Part shown: positions 48,515-57,874 of the stretch, one piece after another | Layout: every line of letters begins with the position of its first letter | How positions within the stretch are numbered: the stretch's first letter is position 1 | Made by a program: the position numbers and the translations under genes | NCBI GenBank assembly: GCA_007117035.1 | Contig: SKHG01000054.1 | Location: 1,060 to 65,059, forward strand | Direction: 5' to 3' | DNA length: 64,000 bases | DNA from: Candidatus Campbellbacteria bacterium | GTDB lineage: Bacteria; Patescibacteriota; Minisyncoccia; Phycocordibacterales; CSBR16-193 | Notes under the pieces: generated by a model | Told to the model about the DNA's origin: nothing | Seen by the model: the letters and a program-made list of their open reading frames with translations, nothing else | Database searches by the model: none

Positions 48515-48985
48515 TTACCAAGCAAAGTGAGCAAAAGCCTTGTTGGCTTCGGCCATTTTGTGAGTATTTTCCCTCTTTTTTATCGCATCGCCTTCATTGT
48601 TGTGGGCAGCCATAATCTCTGTAGCCAGTCTTTGGTCCATTGGAGATCCGCTTTTTGCATTTGCTGATTCAATAATCCACTTCATTGCCAAAAATCTCTT
48701 TCTTTCTGGTCTAACTTCACGGGGAACTTGATAGTTTGCACCTCCAACTCGACGTGAGCGAACTTCCATTGAAGGACCAGCATTTCTAATTGCTGAATCA
48801 AAAATAGTTAGAGGATCCTCTATTTGTAACTTTTCCTTAATAATATCAAGGGCTGAGTAAACAATCCGCTCGGCAGTTCTTCTTTTACCGTGGGACATTA
48901 TGTAGTTAATAAACTTACCAAGTCTCTCTGATTCAAACTTTTTATCAGGTAAGGCGATATTTCTGTTTTTTACCGGTCTTCGCAT
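48515..48985 (-). CDS. rpsG: 30S ribosomal protein S7
   Basis: RRVGGANYQVP, MAEANKAFAH. Confidence 0.98.
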   Translation of the reverse strand: MRRPVKNRNIALPDKKFESERLGKFINYIMSHGKRRTAERIVYSALDIIKEKLQIEDPLTIFDSAIRNAGPSMEVRSRRVGGANYQVPREVRPERKRFLAMKWIIESANAKSGSPMDQRLATEIMAAHNNEGDAIKKRENTHKMAEANKAFAHFAW

Positions 48986-48987
48986 AA

Positions 48988-49395
48988 TTATTTATTTTTT
49001 TTAGCTCCGTAACGACTTCTGCTCTGTTTACGATTTTCTACACCAGTTGCATCCAACACACCTCTTACTACAGTATAACGAACACCAATATCCTTTACTC
49101 GACCGCCTCTGATTACAACAACGGAGTGTTCTTGAAGTGCGTGTCCCATACCAGGAATATATGCAGTAACTTCCATACCGTTAGTCAATCTAACTCGAGC
49201 AATCTTTCTGATAGCTGAGTTTGGTTTTTTAGGGGTTTTTGTGGTTACCCTAACACAAACACCTCTTTTAAAAGGAGATGGGTAGCGAGTCGGCTTGTTC
49301 TTAATAGAGTCAAAACCGCGAGCCAAGGCGACTGCTTTTGATTTTTTAGTAACTTTTTTTCGACCCTTTCGGACCAATTGATTTATAGTTGACAT
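48988..49395 (-). CDS. rpsL: 30S ribosomal protein S12
   Basis: TINQLVR, PKKPNSA, RSRYGAK. Confidence 0.98.
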   Translation of the reverse strand: MSTINQLVRKGRKKVTKKSKAVALARGFDSIKNKPTRYPSPFKRGVCVRVTTKTPKKPNSAIRKIARVRLTNGMEVTAYIPGMGHALQEHSVVVIRGGRVKDIGVRYTVVRGVLDATGVENRKQSRSRYGAKKNK

Positions 49396-49473
49396 AATTT
49401 AAAATATGAATCTTGAAATCTGAAATATATATTCAGACTAAAAAACACAAACACGCCTTAAGCGATAGGTACT

Positions 49474-49502
49474 AGAGTAATATATACAGTAACAAAATGC
49501 AA
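49474..49502 (-). promoter_or_regulatory. Promoter upstream of rpsL
   Basis: TTGCAT, 17 bp, TACTCT. Confidence 0.55.
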
Positions 49503-49531
49503 GTCTTTAAACAAAACCATCTAATCTTAAT

Positions 49532-50185
49532 CTACTGAAAGAACTGAAAAACCTCAGACAAAACAGAAGGGTCGCCAGTTAATAATGCAAAAGCCCAAAC
49601 TAAAATAATGTTTATTACAAAAAAGATTGTGGCTGAAAAAAGAAGAACCACAAACAAAACAATAAATAAGCCGTATCTTTCAAGTGTGATTCTAAGCTCA
49701 TCAAAAGAACTCGGTAAAATGGAGAAAAGAATCTTTGATCCGTCCAGAGGTGGAATTGGAATTAGATTAAATATTCCTAGTATTAAATTGATGACCACAA
49801 TTAAGCCCATTAATGGGATTGCGTCCTGAAAGATATCATAAGCTAGTGAAAATCTAATCAGCAGACCAAAAATTATTGCTATAAAAAAGTTCGAGAGTGG
49901 TCCGGTTGCCGCTACCCAAGCCTCCCCCCACTTTTGATTCTTAAAGTTATACGGATTAATTGGTACTGGTTTAGCCCAACCCAAAATAACACCCGCCGAA
50001 AGTAGAAAGAGGAGTGCTGGAACTATAAAAGAGCCAAACAAATCTAGATGCTTGATGGGGTTTAGTGTTAACCGACCTGCATACTTAGCTGTTGGGTCAC
50101 CTTGAGACAAGGCTGAATATCCATGAGCGACCTCATGGATTACCACAGAAAGTATCAAGATTATGATAATAAGTATGAATCCCAT
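49532..50185 (-). CDS. Site-2 protease (M50 family)
   Basis: HEVAH, GDPT, GWAKPVP, FNLIPIPPLDG. Confidence 0.93.
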   Translation of the reverse strand: MGFILIIIILILSVVIHEVAHGYSALSQGDPTAKYAGRLTLNPIKHLDLFGSFIVPALLFLLSAGVILGWAKPVPINPYNFKNQKWGEAWVAATGPLSNFFIAIIFGLLIRFSLAYDIFQDAIPLMGLIVVINLILGIFNLIPIPPLDGSKILFSILPSSFDELRITLERYGLFIVLFVVLLFSATIFFVINIILVWAFALLTGDPSVLSEVFQFFQ

Positions 50186-50289
50186 AATATAGTGATGTGA
50201 TTATTTTTAGATTTTGTATACAAGCAAAGATTTACATAACCACCTCGTTATGATAACATAATCAGCACTTAATCCAAGAACAGAATAAT

Positions 50290-50532
50290 ATGTCAAAAAT
50301 TTGCCCAATATCAAATAAAAAGAGTCAGGTTGGAGGACGATACTCAAACCGTGTTCGAGCTACCCAGTTTAATCCAACCGGTAAGGTTAGACGAAAAGTT
50401 AATATCCAGAAGAAAAAAATCTTCGTTCCTGAACTTAACAAAACAATTACAGTTGAACTATCAACTAACGCTTTGAAGACTATTCAAAAAAACGGAGCCT
50501 ACGCAACTTTAAAAAAAGCTGGGTTAATATAG
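50290..50532 (+). CDS. rpmB: 50S ribosomal protein L28
   Basis: MSKICPIS, NIQKKK, LST.ALKTI. Confidence 0.85.
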   Translation: MSKICPISNKKSQVGGRYSNRVRATQFNPTGKVRRKVNIQKKKIFVPELNKTITVELSTNALKTIQKNGAYATLKKAGLI

Positions 50533-50551
50533 TTTAAACTTCCAACTAAAG

Positions 50552-50585
50552 AAAAAACACCTCTAATATAATAGAGGTGTTTTTT
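50552..50585 (+). terminator. Bidirectional terminator after rpmB
   Basis: AAAAAACACCTCTA...TAGAGGTGTTTTTT. Confidence 0.8.
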
Positions 50586-50637
50586 CTTAAAACCTTAACT
50601 CACACCACCAACCTAACAAGTATTTTATGACTAAATT

Positions 50638-51504
50638 CTAATATTTTAATTTAATAGTTTCTCCATCGGAAATAAAAACTATGTCACCTTTGTTGAAGGT
50701 GCTTAACATCTGAGAACCAATATAATCTACTCTTTCAACAACCTCAGGATGAGGATGTCCAAAACGATTATCCAAACCAGCTGAAACTACAAAATAATCT
50801 GGTAGGACCGTAGCTAAAAACAACAACGAGTTGGATGTTCGTGAACCATGATGACCAGCTTGAAAGACATCACTTTTTAATCGATCTCCATCAATCGAGG
50901 CTAAATAACTCTCGATACCCTCAAACGAATCACCGGTAAACAAAAAACTTGTATCCCTGTAAACAACTCGACTCCAGATTGAAGCCATGTCAGCATTAAG
51001 GCTCTGAACATTTCTATCTGGGAATAGTATAGGAACCCAAACTTCATCATCCAAAACTACAACCATTCCTCGTTGAGCATAAATTTTATCTATCTGGTTC
51101 TCTTCTAGTGCCAATAGATACTCTTGATAAGTCTGACTATCATAGTTAACACCTGAATCCAAAACCACTCCAACATCAAAATACTCTAAGATATCCACAA
51201 GACCACCAATGTGGTCAGCGTGGGGATGAGTTGAGATTACTACATCTATCGATCGATCATAAAAAGGAATGTGTTTAAACAACGCATCAATAATGATTGA
51301 TCCCGGACCACTGTCGATCAACATACGATTACCGTTTGGTGCTTCGATTAAAGTTGCATCACCCTGACCAACATCAAGATAGATAACAGTTAAAAATTCT
51401 CGACTGTCTTCAGAATAAACAATTGACCAAAGAAAAACATTTATTGAAAACAAAAAGATACAGACCACAATCAGAAAAGGCACTTTTAATGAAATGGAGT
51501 TCAT
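50638..51504 (-). CDS. ComEC-type metallo-beta-lactamase domain protein (stand-alone)
   Basis: LDVGQGDA, THPHADHIGG, LFTGD, GHHGS, NRFGHPH. Confidence 0.92.
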   Translation of the reverse strand: MNSISLKVPFLIVVCIFLFSINVFLWSIVYSEDSREFLTVIYLDVGQGDATLIEAPNGNRMLIDSGPGSIIIDALFKHIPFYDRSIDVVISTHPHADHIGGLVDILEYFDVGVVLDSGVNYDSQTYQEYLLALEENQIDKIYAQRGMVVVLDDEVWVPILFPDRNVQSLNADMASIWSRVVYRDTSFLFTGDSFEGIESYLASIDGDRLKSDVFQAGHHGSRTSNSLLFLATVLPDYFVVSAGLDNRFGHPHPEVVERVDYIGSQMLSTFNKGDIVFISDGETIKLKY

Positions 51505-51519
51505 AGCATAATTATATCA

Positions 51520-53067
51520 ATGATTAAGCCAATTGGTTATATCAGTTTACCTATCTCTTTTATTTTAGGAGTTTCTTTAGCCTCCTTCGTTTCTCTAACT
51601 TGGCTTCTACTACTTCTTTCTATTTTATTTGCTTTCATTTTAGGATCACTACCTTTCTACTCCCTAATTAAAGAATTGATACCTAAAAATACTTTTCTTA
51701 AACCGTCTACTTTTAATATATTTTTTATATTACTAATTATAATCTTTTTTTGCTTTGGTTTGTTTTGGTTCTACCACCACAGCAAGACTGAGGATTTAAA
51801 TATTACTGAAGGTATAAAGATTGAAATATCTGGAACAGTAGCACGAGAACCACAAATTCGAAAAAACCATACCCAGTACCACCTGAAGGTTCAGAATTTC
51901 GATAAACTTATTTTGGTTACCGCTCCAAGATATCCAAAATACTCTTACGGAGACGAACTGAAACTCTATGGTGATTTAGAAAGACCTCCAGTGTTTCAAT
52001 CTTTTGATTACAGAGCGTTCTTACAAAAAGAAGGAATATCTTTTGTGATGTATTATCCAGAAATTATTTTACTGACAAAAGATAACGGTTCTGTATTCAA
52101 AACTATACTTTTTAATTTCAAAGAAAAAGTCAGAGACACTCTGTACCGTTTTGTACCTTATCCGCACAACACAATAATTGGTGCTATGACACTTGGTGAC
52201 GGATATCGGGTACCTGTTGATATTAGTGACATTTTTAGTCGAACTGGAATTCGTCACATCACCGCTATCTCTGGTATGCACATTACTATAATTATTGGAC
52301 TACTGATGGTTTTTTTCAGCTCCTTTTTAATGATTCCTCGGAACATCTCTTTCTACATCTTAGGATTATTTTTGATAACTTATGTAATATTTGTCGGCGC
52401 CCCACCATCTGCAATTCGAGCTGCAATTACGGGTATTGTAATTCTGTTAGCGCAACAAACTGGACGGACATATTTTGCGGGCAGAGCTTTGATTGTGGCG
52501 GGTGCGTTAATGCTTCTTTTTAATCCTCTACTCCTAAAATTTGATGTTGGCTTCCAACTGTCATTTTCAGCAGTCTTCGGTATTATATTTATCGGTCCTT
52601 TCTTCCGAGAAATCATAAACCGATTTACTATAAAATTTAGTAGGCTTAAAATTCTAGACAGACCGATTGATGGAATAACTTCTATCCTAGCCATCACACT
52701 CTCTGCTCATTTAACAACTCTACCTCTTATCATCTACAACTTTCAGACCCTGTCCATTGTTGCACCTCTCACCAATATTTTAGTAGTACCTTTAGTTCCG
52801 TTTATCTTACTCAGTGGGTTTTTAATACTTATCGGTGGAACACTCCTACCCTTTTTAGGTTATCTTTTAGCTCTACCAGCATACATTTTAACTTCGTACA
52901 CTATATATATAAGCCAAGCTCTCGACTCCTTACCCAACGCCCACTTCACATTAGAAATAAATCACTGGGCTTTTGTTTTAATCAGCTATTTAATTCTGAT
53001 CACAGTTGTTTTTATTTTGAGCCAAACTAGACTAGGCCGAACAGTTCTAAACAATGCAGTGAGGTAA
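51520..53067 (+). CDS. comEC: ComEC/Rec2 DNA-uptake channel (OB fold plus Competence domain, no MBL domain)
   Basis: GIRHITAISGMH, SAIRA, GFQLSF, LTTLP; multiple TMs. Confidence 0.92.
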   Translation: MIKPIGYISLPISFILGVSLASFVSLTWLLLLLSILFAFILGSLPFYSLIKELIPKNTFLKPSTFNIFFILLIIIFFCFGLFWFYHHSKTEDLNITEGIKIEISGTVAREPQIRKNHTQYHLKVQNFDKLILVTAPRYPKYSYGDELKLYGDLERPPVFQSFDYRAFLQKEGISFVMYYPEIILLTKDNGSVFKTILFNFKEKVRDTLYRFVPYPHNTIIGAMTLGDGYRVPVDISDIFSRTGIRHITAISGMHITIIIGLLMVFFSSFLMIPRNISFYILGLFLITYVIFVGAPPSAIRAAITGIVILLAQQTGRTYFAGRALIVAGALMLLFNPLLLKFDVGFQLSFSAVFGIIFIGPFFREIINRFTIKFSRLKILDRPIDGITSILAITLSAHLTTLPLIIYNFQTLSIVAPLTNILVVPLVPFILLSGFLILIGGTLLPFLGYLLALPAYILTSYTIYISQALDSLPNAHFTLEINHWAFVLISYLILITVVFILSQTRLGRTVLNNAVR

Positions 53068-53077
53068 TGCTAACTTT

Positions 53078-53797
53078 TTATATTTTTTCCTGAAACTCTT
53101 TTTTTATTTCCTCTTCATTAGTTGGACTTAATGCCTTTCGGAAAAATGCCTTCTGACCCTTAACTCTTTTTTCACAGTCTGCCCAAGTTTGGTGTGTCTC
53201 TATTTTTCCGTTTACTAAACTAACATATGAATAGGCTTTTCCTTTTGAACTAGATGACTTGGTTTTTGTGTTTTTAACTTTAGTGTCCAAAATTGAATGT
53301 GGATAATTTTTTAGACTACCAACAAAAAGATTACCTTGAATCTTATCAGCAAAAGAAGTAGCGATATCATCTGCTCGTTCATTACCAACCGCACCACAAT
53401 GACCAGCAACATACTGCCAATCAATATTGTAGCTTTGAACAACTGATAAAATTTTCTGCCACAGGTCTTTATTCAAAACTTCAGTTTTGTTTTTAGTCTG
53501 CCAACCATTTTGTTGCCAAGCAAAAACCCACTTGGTAATTCCATTAATTAAATACTGCGAGTCAGTATGAATCTCAACTAAACTTTTTTCTCCAACTTTA
53601 TCTTTTAAAAAATCCAATGAACTAAAAGCTGCAGTAAGCTCCATTCGATTGTTGGTAGTTTTGTCTTCTCTTCCTCCAAGCTCCGCAACCTCGTCGGAGT
53701 CTTTTAAAACAACCACCGCTCCCCATCCACCCGGACCAGGGTTTCCTCTAGAAGCACCATCTGTAAAAATAATTATTTTCTGATCTGTTTTATTCAT
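53078..53797 (-). CDS. rnhA: Ribonuclease HI with C-terminal hybrid-binding-like domain
   Basis: FTDGASRGNPGPGGWG, TTNNRMEL, TDSQY, GNERAD; tail TWADCEKRVKG. Confidence 0.93.
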   Translation of the reverse strand: MNKTDQKIIIFTDGASRGNPGPGGWGAVVVLKDSDEVAELGGREDKTTNNRMELTAAFSSLDFLKDKVGEKSLVEIHTDSQYLINGITKWVFAWQQNGWQTKNKTEVLNKDLWQKILSVVQSYNIDWQYVAGHCGAVGNERADDIATSFADKIQGNLFVGSLKNYPHSILDTKVKNTKTKSSSSKGKAYSYVSLVNGKIETHQTWADCEKRVKGQKAFFRKALSPTNEEEIKKEFQEKI

Positions 53798-53841
53798 ATG
53801 TAAAATTTTACCACAGACTAATCATTAAAATTGACACAAAA

Positions 53842-55491
53842 TTAAAAGACATCAATTAAGCGTAGACGCAGTTCGGCCTGACCACGAAAATATGATTTCT
53901 CCAGAGATGCTAAAAGATTAATCTTCTGATTAACCAACGGTTCAGCAGAAAGGTTTTCAACTGAGTTAAAAAAACTAATCGCTTTTACCGATCCACCACC
54001 TTGATTCTCTAAAGTTACCTCCAGATGCTCTCCTTGTTTACCAAAAGACCGAATATTTTTTACCAAGACATCTTCGAATCTAAAAATTGGTTTTGGGTTC
54101 GCTATCCCAAAAGGACCAATCTTTTGCAATGCGTGAAACAGATCTTGAGAAACAGAACTTATTGAAATAAGATGCCCTGAGTGTTTTACTTCTTCAACTA
54201 AAATATTTTTACTATCGTTATATGATTTTGTAAGTTTTTCTTCTAACTGATGAATTCCTTCATACGAAACAGAAAAACCACCGGCGTAAGCATGTCCACC
54301 GTACTCCAAAAAAGCACCCTCAGCTTGATCCATCAAACCAATCAAATTAATTCCACCCGAGGAACGACAAGAGCCTTTAAGTAGATCTCCTCCATCCCTA
54401 CCCCACAAAAATACTGGTCTGGAAAATTCTTCAGCGATTGAGTTAGCAGCTAGTCCTAAAAGAGATGGTCGCCAGTCAGGACTACCAGTTACAATAACCG
54501 GTCCGATTTCTCGACTCTCTAATTTATGTTTAACTTCTTTGACAATCGAAGCTACAACTCCCTTACGCTGACGATTAATTCTTTCTAGCTCTTTAACAAG
54601 ATCCTCGACTCGACCTTGATTTTTTTCAACCAAAAGGTGAAAAGCATCCATTGAGTGACCCATCCGAGATGCAGCGTTAATTCTTGGAGAGATCATGAAA
54701 CCAATATCGTCTTCACTCAACATTCCTTGATTGAGTCCGAGTCTGTAACAGAGTTGTCGTAGACCTGGTCGTCTGGATTTTCGTAAAACTTTCAATCCGT
54801 AGTGAGCCAAAACTCGGTTCTCATCTTGTAGAGGTACCATATCCGAAAGTGTGGCAATGCCAACCATATCCAACATCCATTTTTCCACTCCAGGTTTAAG
54901 ATCAAAACTTCCAAGTTCGATTAAACCTTGAATAACTTTGTACGCCACTGCGGCTCCACACAAGAAGGGGTAGGGATAATCACAATCTTCCCTCTTAGGA
55001 TTAACGACTGCGTAGGCTGGAGGTAGAACAGTTGGTTGTTCGTGATGATCAGTTACAATAACATCTATTCCTAAATCTTGAGCGAGCTTTATCGGTTCAG
55101 TATCAGTAACTCCACAATCAACAGTTACAATTAGGTTTGTGTCTAGTTCCGAAAACTCTTTCATCTTTTCTGTTTTTAGACCAAAACCTTCAAGATGTCG
55201 ATGTGGGATGAATATCTCAAAATTGGAATAGTTTATCAGGTCAAAAAAATCATGAAACAGTACAGCACCCGGAACACCATCAGCATCATAGTCTGCATAG
55301 ATAACTATTCGTTGGTTGTTCTGTACTGCATCTAATATTCTCCGAACGGCTTTTTCCATATCCTTCATCAGAAAAGGATCATGGAGGTGTTCCTCGTACG
55401 AAGGATCTAAAAAACGTTCTCTGTTTTCATCTGTTATTCCTCGATCCTTCAACAATTCGTCAATTATTTTTTCAGTTTCCTTTTGTGTCAT
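53842..55491 (-). CDS. recJ: ssDNA exonuclease RecJ
   Basis: DYDADG, TVDCG, TDHH, PRINAASR, GGHAYAGG. Confidence 0.96.
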   Translation of the reverse strand: MTQKETEKIIDELLKDRGITDENRERFLDPSYEEHLHDPFLMKDMEKAVRRILDAVQNNQRIVIYADYDADGVPGAVLFHDFFDLINYSNFEIFIPHRHLEGFGLKTEKMKEFSELDTNLIVTVDCGVTDTEPIKLAQDLGIDVIVTDHHEQPTVLPPAYAVVNPKREDCDYPYPFLCGAAVAYKVIQGLIELGSFDLKPGVEKWMLDMVGIATLSDMVPLQDENRVLAHYGLKVLRKSRRPGLRQLCYRLGLNQGMLSEDDIGFMISPRINAASRMGHSMDAFHLLVEKNQGRVEDLVKELERINRQRKGVVASIVKEVKHKLESREIGPVIVTGSPDWRPSLLGLAANSIAEEFSRPVFLWGRDGGDLLKGSCRSSGGINLIGLMDQAEGAFLEYGGHAYAGGFSVSYEGIHQLEEKLTKSYNDSKNILVEEVKHSGHLISISSVSQDLFHALQKIGPFGIANPKPIFRFEDVLVKNIRSFGKQGEHLEVTLENQGGGSVKAISFFNSVENLSAEPLVNQKINLLASLEKSYFRGQAELRLRLIDVF

Positions 55492-55562
55492 TCTCTTTTA
55501 TTTTAAGGTAAACAATATGATAACATAATAAGTATTGAGAGCCTTAACAATAAGTTAAAAAA

Positions 55563-55931
55563 ATGACAAACAAACAAGACTGTATATTTTGCAAAATTAT
55601 AAAAAAAGAAATTCCAGCTGAGATTGTCTACGAGGACGAAGATTTTCTGGCTTTTTTAGACATCAATCCTGAAAGTCCTGGCCACACTCAAGTTATTCCT
55701 AAAAAACATTTTCGCTGGGTCTGGGATGTGCCACCTGTCGGTAAATATTTTGAGGTTGTTCGAAAGATTGCCCAAGCTCAAAAAAAAGCTTTCTCAACAG
55801 ACTGGGTCTTGAGTAAAGTTGTAGGTGATGAAGTTACTCACGCTCACATCTGGGTTTTTCCAAATTCAGATGTTGTAGGAGACAAAAAAGATTTTAAGGA
55901 AAATGCAAAGAAGATAAAAAATGCTTTGTAG
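55563..55931 (+). CDS. HIT family nucleotide hydrolase (variant triad HAHIW)
   Basis: [24 protein letters not shown]. Confidence 0.9.
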   Translation: MTNKQDCIFCKIIKKEIPAEIVYEDEDFLAFLDINPESPGHTQVIPKKHFRWVWDVPPVGKYFEVVRKIAQAQKKAFSTDWVLSKVVGDEVTHAHIWVFPNSDVVGDKKDFKENAKKIKNAL

Positions 55932-55936
55932 TAAAA

Positions 55937-57079
55937 CTATTGAGAACCTTTCAATGCTTCAATCCCTGGCAATGTCTCAGAAGAAAGAAAATCTAACATT
56001 GCACCTCCGCCAGAAGATAGAAAGGAAAAAGAATCCTCAGATCCAATCGCTGAAACAGCAGCTACAGTATCTCCCCCACCAACTAATGAATATGCCTGAG
56101 AACTAGACAATGCTTTGGCCAGATCAACAGTCGCTCCGTCAAAACCTTTTTCATAATTTCCAAGTGGGCCGTTCCAAACCACAAACTTAGATTTTGTAAC
56201 TTCGGCTGACAAAATCTTAACAGTCTCTGGACCAGCATCAACGATCATTTCATTGTCGCGAACTTCACTTGGTTTAGTAACTCTATGTTTATCATTTTCC
56301 GAATCATAGACGACCACATCAGTTGGTAGAATAACCGAATTACTTTTTAACAATCTTTCTATGATTTCGTTCTCGACGACCTCCAACAAAGACTGACCAA
56401 CAGACATACCCTGAGCATCGAAGAATGAGTGTGCTAGTGCACCACCAACAAATATTTTTTCAGCACGATTAACAAATTTTTCTATTAAAGGAATTTTGGT
56501 AGAGAACTTAGCGCCACCCAAAACAAAAAGAAATGGGTGTAGGGGATCAAAAGCTTTTGAAAGATTTTCTCTTTCAGAACGAAACAAGAAACCTTCATAT
56601 CCTGGAATAAATTTTGGTACTCCAACAATCGATGTGTGCATTCGATGTGAAACTGAGAAAGCTTCGTTTACATATAGATCAGCTAAGGAAGACAGCACAC
56701 GAGCAAATTCATTATCGTTCTCTTTCTCTGCTGAATGAAATCTTAAATTTTCCAAAAGCACAACCTCGCCTTCGGAGATATGACCAACCTTACCTTTAAC
56801 ATTATTTACATCCCAATCTTCAACAAAACGAACCGGTAGAATTTCATTCAAATAATCAGCCACTGGTCTTAAAGAACTTCCTTCTTTGTTTTCTATGTGT
56901 GAAATAGCAACAACCTTTGCTCCCTGCTCAACCAGATACTCTAGGGTTGGCAAAACTTTACGAATCCTAAAATCGTTTACAACCTTTCCGTCTTTTACTG
57001 GTACATTAACTCCAAGACGAATCAACACAGTTTTACCAGAGAGAGAAACTTGTTCTAAAATATTATTATTTATTTCCAT
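55937..57079 (-). CDS. pgk: Phosphoglycerate kinase
   Basis: NVP, LLENLRF, LGGAK, WNGPLG, GGGDT, SSGGGA. Confidence 0.95.
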   Translation of the reverse strand: MEINNNILEQVSLSGKTVLIRLGVNVPVKDGKVVNDFRIRKVLPTLEYLVEQGAKVVAISHIENKEGSSLRPVADYLNEILPVRFVEDWDVNNVKGKVGHISEGEVVLLENLRFHSAEKENDNEFARVLSSLADLYVNEAFSVSHRMHTSIVGVPKFIPGYEGFLFRSERENLSKAFDPLHPFLFVLGGAKFSTKIPLIEKFVNRAEKIFVGGALAHSFFDAQGMSVGQSLLEVVENEIIERLLKSNSVILPTDVVVYDSENDKHRVTKPSEVRDNEMIVDAGPETVKILSAEVTKSKFVVWNGPLGNYEKGFDGATVDLAKALSSSQAYSLVGGGDTVAAVSAIGSEDSFSFLSSGGGAMLDFLSSETLPGIEALKGSQ

Positions 57080-57863
57080 ACTGCTTTACTACTGATTTTA
57101 TAATAACCGAAAAATCCTCAGCTGAGCGACTGGCTCGGCCAACCAATACACCGTCTACATTTCCGTTTGTGATTATGTCTTCAATGTTTTCTGGAGTAGC
57201 TGATCCGCCATATATCACAGGAACCTGATCTGAAAGTTCTCGGCCAAAAATATTTGAAAGGGTTCGACGAATAAAAATAGTCATCTCGTGAATATTAGAT
57301 CCTTCCATAGCCAAATTATCGTCACGACCAATAGCCCAGACTGGTTCATACGCGATAACCATCCGACCCAAAAGATTTGGATCAAGGTCTTTAATAGAGG
57401 AAGCTAACTGTTCCTGCAAAAAAGAAAGATACTCCCCCTCATCATCGCGTTCTTTTTCACCGACGCACAAAATAGCAATAAGGCCACTTTCTAAAACGGT
57501 CTTTAGTTTCATGTTTACAATATCGCTAGTTTCTCCAAGAGAACGTCTTTCTGAATGTCCTAAAATCACCCACTCAGCTCCAGAGTCTTTTAACATCTGT
57601 ATTGATAGTTCACCAGTGTATGATCCTTCTGTTTGCCAAAAACAGTCTTGGGCACCAAAAGACAAAAAATCTGGATGAGTGTAAGCAGAGAGTTTAGGGA
57701 GATAAACACTCGGAGGACATAGAACTACGGAAGCTGACAATGATTTTGGTGTTTTCTTTTTTAAAGAAAACAATATTTCCTTTGCTTCGGTGAAACTAGC
57801 AGGATCCATCTTCCAGTTACCTACAACAATTGGTTTTTTAAATGTTTTTTTCTTTTTATTCAT
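57066..57863 (-). CDS. tpiA: Triosephosphate isomerase
   Basis: GNWKM, GHSERR, AYEPVWAIG, YGGS. Confidence 0.96.
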   Translation of the reverse strand: MNKKKKTFKKPIVVGNWKMDPASFTEAKEILFSLKKKTPKSLSASVVLCPPSVYLPKLSAYTHPDFLSFGAQDCFWQTEGSYTGELSIQMLKDSGAEWVILGHSERRSLGETSDIVNMKLKTVLESGLIAILCVGEKERDDEGEYLSFLQEQLASSIKDLDPNLLGRMVIAYEPVWAIGRDDNLAMEGSNIHEMTIFIRRTLSNIFGRELSDQVPVIYGGSATPENIEDIITNGNVDGVLVGRASRSAEDFSVIIKSVVKQYGNK

Positions 57864-57874
57864 AACTATATATT

